Shown: positions 10,111 through 22,201 of the stretch, one piece after another | How positions within the stretch are numbered: position 1 is the stretch's first letter | Layout of the letters: each line of letters starts with the position of its first letter | DNA from: Azolla caroliniana | Lineage: Eukaryota > Plantae > Polypodiophyta | Reading direction: 5' to 3' | Length of the DNA stretch: 64,000 bases | Assembly (NCBI GenBank): GCA_043228905.1 | Contig: JBHGNT010000003.1 | Location: 26,102,001-26,166,000 of the forward strand | The notes under the pieces: model-generated | The model's input: the letters and a program-made list of their open reading frames with translations, nothing else | Databases searched by the model: none | Told to the model about the DNA's origin: nothing | Translations under genes and position numbers: made by a program

Positions 10111-13100
10111 TTACACACCCTCTGCAGCAGAAGGAAAATATACAGTTTCAACTGCAAAGAGGGAGGGTGAATGCCTAGGCTCCTGAAAGTTTGCAGATTT
10201 GCACGGGCTTCTCGGTGTTTCTTGTCCAAAACTCGATAGGTCGTCGGAGCTCCACAATGAACTATCAAAAGACTCATAATCATAAGGAAATGTTCGCTTC
10301 AAACCACATGAATGATCATCCACCCTTAGACACTGAAACCCATTTTCAAGGCCATTTCCAGTGTCACCAAATTCACAAATTGCTCGAGGATAATCACGTT
10401 TCAGTTTTTTCTTCTGCCGCCAACGGTTCCTTATTGCAGCCTTTGCCGCCTCATGCTTCTGTTGCATCTCTTTCATCTCTTGCTCATGTCGACGCTCGAG
10501 TTCTGCCAATTCCTGGATTGCCTCCTCATCATCATCAAGATCATCACCACTACCATCAGGCTCAGCTATTACTACTGAGCTTTTAGAACTAACTTCTTGA
10601 CACTCTTGTTGTTGATAACACTCAGTTTGAAGAGAGACTTTAACCATACTATCTTCATCATCACGTATGTGGACAATACCCTCCCAAATTTTGTGCACAA
10701 AATTTGCACGAACTGTTTTCCTTTTGGGCTCCACATTTTCGTTGAATGCAACTTTTCCCCCATGTTTGTTATCATGATAAGATTCCCTTGTATCCATCAC
10801 ACTTGAGCATTCCTCAAAAATTAACTTGTTATTCATTGGCAAAGATATTTCAGACTCATGTGAGGTTGTGCTATCAACCAAGCTCCAATCAGCATCTTTC
10901 GAAATCTCAGTCATGTCACTATATTGCTCAGCTTCTTGGGATGGAAACTCGGACCTTTGACATTGGTAAGTAACTTCTTCAAATCTGCCATATACCACAC
11001 CCTCCATTCTTGATGGAGAAAGAGACTCGTCTCTAAGTGAATATGATGGATTTTCCACTATGGGTCCTTCAGATAGCACATTTGTCACTGAGTCATAGAC
11101 ACTGGCAATATTTTCATCACCATCATTGTCAACGCATTCACCATCACCACATGTTTCATCGATTGCAACCCCTGGTCTCCACTCTGGAACGAGTGCCAAT
11201 ATTGCTGCATCAATCATCTCAGCAATTTTAGTTACATCTTGGTCAGTCAAATCTAACTCTGCAACCATCTCACTTGCCACACACATTGCTGTGTCTCTTT
11301 CTACATCAAACGGGAAATGTATATTCCGAACTTGACCTGCATTAAATCTCATTCAAATCAATAACAGAGCATGAAATAGGGTGCATATGAAGGGAAAGTC
11401 AAGCATGCACTTGTTTGTGCATTTCAAATTCTCTTGGGTCTGAATATTTTAGGGAATGCATTAATATGCAAATATCTAGGATATGAAGTGAAGTCATTTA
11501 TAACATTGGGCAGCAGTAGGGATAGCCAACAGTAGTGTATTTCTACACAATTCTTTAATATCATAAGCATTTGCTCTCCAGATTTGACAAACACACGTCT
11601 GGAAAACATGCAGACCTTGTTTTACTTTCAGTATTGACTGAAGTGATGCAACAAACTTCGTTTCTTTTGAAATTTGTCCTCTACGATGATTTCACTGGGG
11701 ATTTGGGGGAGTCAGTTGGTACGTTACCTTCAGATCCTGATATCTGCAACTTCAGAAAAACGTTGTCGTCTTCTCTTAATTTTCCGTTAACCTTGAAATC
11801 CACACTTCTGGCCCGATCTTCTTTATGGCAAGCAAGCGGTATTGGTTCTGTGCTTTGAGCCACCTTTGGGTGGTCCCCTGTTTGAACTAATTTTGAGTCC
11901 CATGCCGAGCATACACGTCCATCATTAACATCATATAAGTAAGCAGGTAGTGTTTCCTTCAGTACATAGCTGATCTGCACCGTTGCTGATATACCATGTG
12001 GCTCCTCAGCACTAGCTGCTTTGTCATCCATACCATTAGCCATACGTATCATCCTTCCTAAATGTGGTGACGATTCTAATGCTCCTCTAGAGCCCTCGGG
12101 CTGAAGGAAAGGATCTATTAAAAGCTCTCTTGCTGGAAGCCTCTTTGAGGCTGGGGCCAAACACTTTTCAATAAATTGACGTACTTCAGGATCCTTGATC
12201 TGCTTTAGAGCTTCTGGCTTTTTTCCCTAAAATGATATACCAAAATGAATATCAGAAAAGGACTACTACAACATTTTCCTAAATAGGTCTATGGATAAGA
12301 AGCACAAAATATACCTGTGTAACTTTCTTGTAAATTTGGGCTGCATTACTGCACTCGCTATATGGATACTCAGATGTGACCATCTCAAGGAGACACATCC
12401 CAAATGAATAGATGTCTACCAACTCGGTGTATTCTTCCTCATAAAGTTCTGGTGCCATAAACTCGGGTGTGCCTACAAACAACAAAACAGGTCATTACTC
12501 ATGAACAAGCATTGGAACCATTTCTAATAAAAAAAGTCACAATAAACTTTATTAGACACTGACTTAATACCTGCAAGGACAAAAAACCTGGCCTAATATG
12601 CAAATAAAAAAATTTCAATTTTTCGAAAGGAAATTCATGGCGTACAACCAAAAAATGTGAGGCCATATAGATATGTGAAAATAAAGAATAAACAACCCTT
12701 AAAGAAGTTAACCTATGACACTGCGAGCATGGGCATGTTGTAGGATAGCTGCAAGACCAAGATCTCCTATTTTGACCTCTCCTTGATTCCCATTGATGAA
12801 TATATTATCACACTTCAAATCACGATGAATAATGGGAGGATCATGACTATGCAGGTAAAGCAATCCGCGAAGAATTTGTCGAGACCAGTTTTTCACAGCT
12901 TTGATATCAACATGCTTGTGCCTTTTGCGATACCTGAAGCAGAATAAGATTAATCAAATAAAGAACGCTCCATGAAAAAATCATGGTATGATAGATCGGC
13001 ATTTATTTATGAAACAAAATCTTCACCAACACAACATAACATGCTTAGAAGATGCAATCATGAACTCTAGCTTCAGAAGAACAAATTAAATCTTTAGTCA

Positions 13101-15316
13101 ACTTTTATTTTGTAAGTCAGGGAGGAAACTGACTCTTCTGGGCTACAGTTTCTGAGGATGAACACCCTTGAATCTCATCATCCAACAATCATGAGAGTTT
13201 TTTGTCAGGAAATGCTAAATAGATAAATAAAACAAGTTTTTTCTTTTCCCTGATTAAAAACGAGTCATTGACTATTCATACACAATTTAAGAAAACAAAC
13301 TGAATATCAACACTGAACCATGCTACCGACGAAAAAACCAGAAGTGGGAGTTGTAGGATCATACTGTCTGAGTGTCCCTGATGTGAAGATCTCTGTGATA
13401 AAATTAACTGTGCTTGACTGATTGTCTACCCAAGAATGATAGAGCTTTATGATGTTCTTGTGCTTCAATGTGCTTAGTAGATGCACCTCCGAACACAATC
13501 TATCTATATCCTCTGAGGTTTGTAAGAGGACACCTTGAACTTGGTTCCATGCAACCTCAATTCCATCTTCTTGATCAAAGGCCCTATATCTGCAATAAAT
13601 ATGTCAAGGACATACATAGAAAGCCCAACATTACACCTTGGATGTAACCTCTATCCTTACACCCAGAAAACAAGGATATAAAAGTATGGGATGTCCTTAC
13701 ATCTCAAGCGAAAACCTCTATAAAGATGTAGGTATCATTCTTTCTTGGCAATAGCCCCTATATAGAGTCCTTCAACATACAGATGACAAATCTTAGAAAC
13801 TCTCCCATTGTGATTCCCACGTCATGTATTAGGACTAACAATTTACATAATATGAGAAGTGGTTCCTTCCCACTATGGAAAATGACAAAACATCTTGTGA
13901 TAAAAAGAATTTGATTAACCCCGAAAATGTAAACATAGCATTTTTTAGGATACACAGTCTTGGAGGCGCCTTTTCCCAGCACTTCCTTGTACTATAAAAA
14001 CAGAACATGAATCAGGATTACGCTTGCATCCAATGAACAAGATATCCTACTTCTATAAGTAATTTTTTAAGAACATAATTATGGCAATGAATAGAATTTC
14101 TTATTATGATAGCAAAGGCATGTCAATGCAAAAAGAAGAAGAATTGCTCATCTATGTACTATAGAAAAAAAATGGACACAGAGATAGACGCTGAATGAAG
14201 CTTCCATTCAATGAATATGTGGTTCTAAGGCATCATCTTCTAAAGATTGTTTTACCAAACTCGGCAAAAAGGAGAAGAATGGCGCATCTTTGTATTATAA
14301 CATAAAGTGGAACACAGAGATAGAAGCTGAATGAAGCATTCATTTAATTAACAAGAGGCTCTAAAACATCATATTCTAAAGAGTGTTTTTAAGAAACTCT
14401 TGAGTACACAATTAGGTCAACGATATAGGACCTTTTAATTAGGTTAATAAAAACAAAACATGGAGAAGGTGGATGAATTAAGCTTTTACATTCAATGAAT
14501 AACATAACTCTTTATGATGATTTTCCATCCCAACTTTTTAGGACATGATTTGGCCAATGAACTGAATTGCCATGTTAGAGCATCAATAGCAAGTGGATAT
14601 AAAATCATATAAAAAGGGGAAGTGGAGGATAATTTATCCAGTCATGTCACCTAGAGTACATAATGTATAGAATTACCCTAATTAGAGAATAGATGGCATA
14701 CAAAAAAAGGAAACGTGATGATTTATCTGGCACTATCACCTACAGTTCCTCATTAATTAGAATTATCCACTAGATATATCAAAGGAAAAAGAAACAATCT
14801 ACCCAGTCATATCAACCAGAGTACATAATGAAATTATGAATAGAATTACCCTATAAGATGCAAATAAATACCAAAAAGAAGAAAAGGCAAGGAATTATCT
14901 CACGGAGTGCACATAATACAATTATGAATAGAATTATCCAATTGGATGCTTATGCATATCAAAAGGAAATGAGAAGGACCATTTATCAGGCCATATATCA
15001 GAGAGTTCATAGCCAGTAGGAATATCCCTATCAGAATGCAAAAACTATTTCAAGAAACCAAATGTAAAGATTTACTTATTTACACTTCAAAATCGCCTCA
15101 ATTATATAATGAATAGAGACTCTCTATGAAAATATAAATGGCTTGTAGAATGCAAAAAATAGGCCATATAGCAGAGAAAGATGAAGATTTATTTACCCGG
15201 CCATATCGTCCACTTGGATCCACTTCTACATATTCATAATCTCCATGTTCATCTTCCTTGATGCTTGCGAGCTCGTGTAAGCACAAAGAACTACTCCCAC
15301 ATTTATGAATAGGCAT
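10111..15316 (-). CDS. WNK: WNK (with-no-lysine) Ser/Thr kinase, 7 coding exons, about 828 aa
   Basis: Exons 15316-15197, 13991-13954, 13589-13365, 12933-12713, 12472-12315, 12226-11728 and 11336-10111 are phase-consistent. Motifs: [20 protein letters not shown] (Lys in the Gly loop), [50 protein letters not shown], and a C-terminal coiled coil. Confidence 0.96.
13590..13953 (-). other. U12-type (minor spliceosome) GT-AG intron, WNK intron 2
   Basis: Donor GTATCCTA, branch site TCCTTGAC (13610-13603) followed by only 13 nt to the intron end, no long polypyrimidine tract. Splicing restores KTV-YRAFD. Confidence 0.9.
14177..15040. repeat. Two degenerate tandem arrays in WNK intron 1
   Basis: ACACAGAGATAGA.GCTGAATGAAGC..CATCAT.TTCTAAAGA at ~14177 and ~14312, with a weaker third copy. 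About five 80-95 bp units with AAAGG..TTTATC..AGAGT.CATAAT..TAGAATTA(C/T)CC across ~14605-15040. Confidence 0.75.
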
Positions 15317-15490
15317 CCTCGTGAATAATGTGTACAAGAAAAAAAATGCTTCTTTCTTGAGCAAGAAAAGGAAGAAATTTTAGTTCTTTCTGGTTAGTCT
15401 TTTCTCTTCTTCCTTCCTTCCTTCTTTCGTAGTTCTTTTTCCTTCTCTCTTCTCTATTCCTTCTTTACTTCCTTCCCTCCTTAGGGTCTT

Positions 15491-15628
15491 CTAGAGAACA
15501 AAAGATGAACTGTGATGAAGATACTTGAGGCATGTGCACTGCCGGCGCCCAGTGTGAAAGAGCCCGAAGCAGGCCCTATTTCCCTCCACCTCCGATGTGG
15601 CTGGATTAACTACCAAGCATAAGATCAT
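15491..15628 (-). other. Candidate upstream ORF (45 aa) in the WNK leader
   Basis: ATG 15628 to TAG 15491: MILCLVVNPATSEVEGNRACFGLFHTGRRQCTCLKYLHHSSSFVL. It sits in a GC-richer island and ends 174 nt before the main ATG. Translation is unproven. Confidence 0.4.
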
Positions 15629-15735
15629 GCCTGCCCTGTTTTTGCCCAGATCTTAGAATCTTGGAAGACGATTTTTATCAATACATAAGCCCGTTGTGAA
15701 AATGTTTAGCGACTCAAACCCGTAAATATCTTAAA

Positions 15736-15765
15736 AACCCTAACCCTAACCCTAACCCTAACCCT
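15736..15765 (-). repeat. (AACCCT)5 telomere-like hexamer tract including a telobox (AAACCCTA)
   Basis: Plus strand AAAAACCCTAACCCTAACCCTAACCCTAACCCTA; the WNK sense strand carries five GGG runs. Confidence 0.9.
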
Positions 15766-16362
15766 ATTATTAGTTGCGAGTAGAACCGAGAAGACGACGA
15801 AGACGAGAGAGATCGCCGATTCAACTCAAAATCCTATGTTCAGAGAAAAGAATGAAAGAAGATGGGACAAAGCTTAGAACCCAGCAACCTTAGCCCTGAT
15901 CTAATCTAATGTCACAAGAGATAGAGCTCAAAGACCCTAAGCCTGATTTTTGGGTCAGTGGAGAAAGAAGAAAATTAGACGGCAATATAAAAAAACCCAA
16001 TAGCTCTAATTTTTTGAGCCAGACTCAGATTGGAAGAGAAAGAAGAAGAACGAGATCCATTTATAAATCCAATGTATGGACCGCGACGATTGGATGGATA
16101 TGATCAGAGTGGAATATTGGAAGGCTGTATACAGAGGAACAGGGAAGTCGACGAGAATAGATGGAACTGAACTGACGGAGAATGGGAAAGAACCAGATCT
16201 GCGAAGAGGAAGAGAGATGTCTTCAGAAAGAACGGATGGGGGGAAGAAATAATAATGGTGAGAACTGATGGCCTACCTATGGCTATAATACATACTGTAC
16301 AAAGAAAGAGACAGAGTCAGAGACAGAGACATAGACAGAAGGAAGGAAACGAAAAAATCCAA

Positions 16363-16804
16363 ATATATATATATATATATATTAATTATTTAAACTAAAT
16401 AAAAATATTGTATTAATGCATAAATGATTAAAGGAGACTTTGGAAGGAGACTGCTGCATTATGCATATATGTAATGATGTATGTACATACATATGTACAC
16501 ATACATACATACATACATACATATACATATTGAACGAATGAATGTATGTATTTGAATTTTGTACATATATGTTTGTATGTATGTATGTATCTATGTACAT
16601 ATTGAATGAAGCCTCCTTCCTTCCTGGCCTGTTTCTTTAGCACTTCTTCTTCTTCTTCTGTTCAAAGTTCAAACTCTGTACACATACACACGTGTATACA
16701 TACATACATATATGATATATATGTAGACAGAAAGAAAACAAACAAAAAGAAGAACATGTGATGTTGACGAAATCTCATAACTGCATACACTCTACTACTA
16801 CTAC

Positions 16805-16847
<43 letters not shown>

Positions 16848-16850
16848 GTA
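16363..16850. repeat. Microsatellite-rich block: (TA)n, (TACA)n, (TGTA)n, (CTT)n
   Basis: Simple repeats visible directly upstream of WNK. Confidence 0.9.
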
Positions 16851-19800
16851 CTAACTAAGCCCACCACCACAATCCATCCCATGCATGCCTCTCGCTTCGA
16901 ACCCACCACCTTTCCACATCGAAGCCCCCATTGGGATTGATAAATTACTCATGGCACCAAATCTCCCTCCCAAACAAGTTCTCTTATCAACCGTAAAGGA
17001 GCCCATCACTTCGATACGCAAGTGATGAAAGTGCCACGAGGATCGCCTAAAAAGCCTTGTACTATATATGTATATACATAGAAGATAGCAACATTGTCTT
17101 CATTGCGCAATTTTCCTTTATATTCCCTTGTTTCCTATTTGTATATCCTTTGTTGCTAAAAGAGCCCATCACTATGATGCACGAGAGATGGAAGCGTCAC
17201 GTAAAAGCCTCATATTATTTGCATAATCTTCTATTGCTATCATGTCTATAATGATATGTCTAAATTGTACTATGGGTATATATTTGACATTTTCCCATAA
17301 TGACGACGACGTTGCGCTACCCAACTCTTGTCAATCTCTCACACTATCCCTGGCCACACCCCATCACCGCCCAAGCCATGTTTTCAAGACATTCTTGGTG
17401 TTAGGAAACGAGTTGCGACCAATGTAAGTTGCAAGCGCAATATATCCAAGATGAGTGTTAAATTAGGGAATTAAGATAGACAAATAGATCATCCTTTAGG
17501 TGAATGGTTGACCATGTTTATAGTCTATATGAAAGGACCAATGCACTCTTGATCTTCCTTGATGGTTTACATTTTCCTTGTATCAAGTCAAGCGTGCATA
17601 ATTTCTTTTGTTAAAACTTTCATTGTGTAAGATGCACCTCACAAATGTTAGGGAATGATCACCCTTGTTCATCCACCGAACTTTGTGTTCCACATCCATT
17701 TTATCACGAAATTGATATCAATTGATCTTTCAGTATTTTTTTATCCATGAACTAATTAAGTGATTCAAGTCTCCATACTTATCCACATTGTGTAACTCTT
17801 TGACGTCTACTTTGTGATGCTATAAGTACATGCAATGCTCTTGAACAAGATTCACCAAAATGACTGCAATTTGAATGATTTGATATATTAATGGTGCTAT
17901 ATTTGGATAATATACATAGTATTAGCTGGATTTTATGTCGTGTGTTATCTAGATTTGAATTGCTTATATAATGGTGCATTTACGAGAGTTGGATGAGAAT
18001 GTTGCTTCGCATGTAAATCCGATTCCCATATCAATATGGGAGTTGAATTTCTGTATTTGCTTTGCTACTTGCTATTTCAAGTCATGGAGCTTATGTGAGT
18101 CTTAACATGCTTTGGAGTTTATGGAAGCCACCTTTCATTCGTTTTAAGCATTCCAATGTATTAATGAAGATACTCATCTCGTGGCTCAAGTCATGCCTAC
18201 ACATTGTCGCCTACTGCAAACATATTTTTTTCAATAATTGGAACATGACATCTACACATTGTCTTCATTAGACTATCAACTGCATTTATGCTTCGACAAC
18301 ACTCGTGATCGACATACAATCCGCAAATTTTAATAAAAATCGACCATAATGATTATTATGGTGAAAGCAAATGAGCACCACATGTAGGCTATGCAAGCCA
18401 AAATCAATGGTTGATAATTCAAAATATATAAGGAATATCCATTTCATGTCACATTTCCATGAATGAACACGACCAAACATGCACATGTTGTCAAATCTTC
18501 AGCAATAAAACTCAAGATCGTTGGTTTTTGTGAATACCATACTTTTTATATAAGTAACAATAAATATGTTTAATAGCTCAAATTGGACCAAGGGATGTAA
18601 TTGAGACAAACGGTGTCATTTGGTAAATATGTTCTATTAGGAGTGAAATGGTAATATTGTACCTAACTTTGTAAAATCTTCAAAACATTATATCAAACCT
18701 AACTTGGTTACTAAGGATGATGACTTTTTATCATGTTGTTGGTCCTCATGTTTACACGATGAGGTTGCTCTTCATAATGTTGTACATAAACAAATGCACA
18801 TGTTATGTGGATCATTGTGTAGAAAACAAACCACATGGTAGCAACTAGCATGTGATAACATTAAGTATCGCCCATACATGTAGTGCAATTCTCTCACATT
18901 GGACCTAATTACTCTTACATTTAATGCAATTGTCTCTCCTCATGTTTCTCTATGTTATACCAGTACATGGTTGTTAAAATAATGAAATCTATGATAGCAT
19001 GTGACCCCATCAGTACATGTGACTAAATGTTGGATGAAAACCAAACAGAGGGTTGCAAAAGGAAACCTCAGAAATAGCAAAAATTTGTAGTCCTATTTTG
19101 TGGGTTTCTCGTATCCAAATACTACATACATCATGAGAATAATTGACACCCTATAATATCTATTGTGACCTCGAATTATTATTGTACTTTATCTTGATGT
19201 TCAATAATGCACGCATTGTATAGTAACTAGTCATGTCTTCTGCATTTCCATCATATAAGGTATTGGCATGTCCTTTTCCCTTTTTAAATCCAATACACAT
19301 GGTAATACAATGCAAGTGATCTAGAAACTACCCCTATCCATCCAAAATGAAATGTGAAATATATACAATTAAACCATTTAGTCTTATATACATGCAAGAG
19401 GTGCATATGATTCATAAAATCACCATCTACACAAAATGTCCTATTGTGCTCTAACTAAACTTTGATCTTTTTGGAAACATAAATACGAAACCTACTATTA
19501 TAGGTGTAACCTTCTAGCCAAGTCTATGGCTAATTTCAATGGATTAAGGGAAGGATAGTCAAGAAACTGAGCAAACAAATTGTGAAATATTGTTCATAAT
19601 TATAGTTTTTCTAATTATTAAAATTGAATGACTTGTAATTTTTGCCTATTTTAAGCACAATCGTTAGGTTAAGGGTCACTTGCACGATAATAACACATCA
19701 TGTGAGAACTTCCGGTATATGTTTAGTTTTTCTAGTTGAATGCTTTTATGGTTCCTTTATACTATTTTGTTGGTAGTATCCTAACAAGATGGATGATGCT

Positions 19801-22165
19801 ACCCTTACAATTATTAATTCACTAGTGATCATTTCGTGTGTTGCTTGGTAGACCTTGTAGATAATCAAAAGGTTTAAATAATTTAAAGAATTTGATGGAA
19901 GGAGTAAATATATAATATTTGTCAATTCTCCAATGAGCAACACAAAAACAAATTGTAGTTCAACATCTTTCAGCGCCATTCAAGGCTTGAAAAATGTGTA
20001 CAAGATTCTCATTAATATATGTATGCGTTTACTTTTAATGGAATAGTATTTTTCTTTACAATTGCTTGAGTATGTGTGATGGACATGATTGTCGGTGAAA
20101 TGCTCTTATAGCACCATTAGAAACACTTAAACGTTACCATTGTAACGAACAATTGTTTCAATAAAAGGTCAAATGTAGGATGTTTCGTTAACTTAAAAGG
20201 TTGATTAGGTGGCAATCTTGTGGATGCAACCGTGAGTACATTGGATACTCATCGAATAACTTAGAATATGCATTTTCATTTACTCATATTAGAAAAAATG
20301 ATTTAAAATGCTTTCAAAGATTCAACAACTATATATGAGTGTCCCTTTCCATCTACAACCTTGAGTTATGGAGTAGTGCACTATGAGAAGCTTTAGAGGA
20401 GAAATATTCTAAAAGATATCCTATATGTCCTCTTTAGGATTCCATGTTGAAAAACATATACCTTGTGTTTTTTATTCTTTAAACAGAATATATCTAGGGC
20501 AACCAATCATCATAAAACGCTTTAGATGTCCTAGCTTTTTCGCATATTCCATGACAAGTACACATTAGACTCTTTAATCATACACTTATGCTTACTGTTA
20601 TCAAATTACCTCACACATCACCTATGGCAACACCATCATGAACGTAACTTGTATACAAGTTTTATGGCATATATTCCCACCTTTTTATGCATGTAGCATG
20701 GGCATGCCTCTTCATTCGAAGCAAACCACTGGCTCCCAAGGTAGTTATGAGCATGCTAGCTAAACTTTGCTTCAGTGGCATGTGACACATAAAGACGTCA
20801 CTCACACGGGTTGATTAGTTGCATCTCACCTATTGAGGCAAGGTAGGGCAAATTGGTTGAGGTCTTCATGAATTAAGTTTTATATGCGACTTCCTCTTGT
20901 CTAGTGTCTTGTAAATCGCTCTTGTAAATTACCATTCATCACATTGAATTAGTGACAACGACATGACTTGTATGCATATAAATTGGTTTCTACTAAACTC
21001 GTTGCAAATAATGAAGAAAAACAATGTAAGATTCTTGAAAGGGTAGAAACATGAAGTTCTAAAACCACACTCTTTGAAATAAGAGTCAACTAAAAAATAG
21101 AAACCAACATTATGGTAATTATGCCACATGACACTCAATAATTCATTATATGGATATAATCCAAAAACACAAAAAACATACTAAAATATATGCTACATAA
21201 ATTTATTTTATATGAGATGGTGACGTAATATGTGAATTTTCATCCAACATTGACATAACCTATTGATAATAATTCTTGTTTGACATCGCCATTCACATTA
21301 TTCTTGAAAAAGTAGTGGTCTTGTCAAGCATAACATTCTTGATCATCATATTTAACTAAAATTTGTGGTGTGGTCCTTATTTTGGGTCCAAAAACGATCA
21401 AATGTGTGTATGTATGTTGTTTGTCATCTTAGTCATTAAGATCTTTACATTTTAATACTGAGTACCGTAGTCAACTTGGTTCCTACAATATTATATATAT
21501 ATATATATATAATCATATTCCCTAATATGTATAGACATTGTGCATACTTTCTAAGATACTCTTAACATACTATGGCTTTATTTGTCCCTTAGTTATAAAT
21601 AAGGAAGACCTAGAGTGCTTCGCATTGATTCGTCCTGAGGCGATAAGTAAGAAGACATTGTGTGCAAAATCACATTGTGGCACATAATCTTAACTTTGCT
21701 TCTTGATTTGGAAAACAAACTTTTTCAAACAAAATTGATGAAATATACATAACAATCAATTTAAAATGAATGATGTTATGCTACTTAAATTAAATAAACC
21801 ATATTATAAGCTTTTCAATTAGAATCATGAACACAATACAACGTGTTGCCAATAAAAAGGACCCATTTCTACAAAATTTGTAATTGTAATTTTATATTGT
21901 TCTGCACACATATGTCTATCATCGACATGATAAACGAAATTGACGAAGATCCAATTTTCTTGTAAATGAACATATTGACAAACAAACAAAGGCTATCCTT
22001 ATAAGCTAGACATCAAAAGATAAGTGACAAAGACAAACTTGACGAGGCATAATGATTTGCACAAGAATGTGAATTACAAACGAAAAGTGACAAGTGATAT
22101 AAGAATAGTAATTCCTTGCAAATGAAAATCTATGCGAAGTGAAGGTTCAAAGAGTGACATTGACA

Positions 22166-22201
22166 GAGATAGAGATAGAGATAGAGATAGAGATAGAGAT
22201 A
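22166..22201. repeat. (GAGATA)n microsatellite
   Basis: About six perfect hexamer units. Confidence 0.9.

Noticed and set aside
10191-11335. Several plus-strand ORFs, some His-rich
   Set aside because: Antisense shadows of the acidic last exon of WNK; the same applies to plus-strand ORFs over TTI1, UBA2C and GPX exons.
14605-15040. CRISPR-like repeat-spacer array
   Set aside because: Units are degenerate along their whole length, have no unique spacers, sit in a plant intron and have no cas genes nearby.
16480-16602. Fold-back resembling a miRNA precursor
   Set aside because: The pairing comes only from adjacent (TACA)n and (TGTA)n microsatellites; similar low-complexity sequence lies at 42720-42965.
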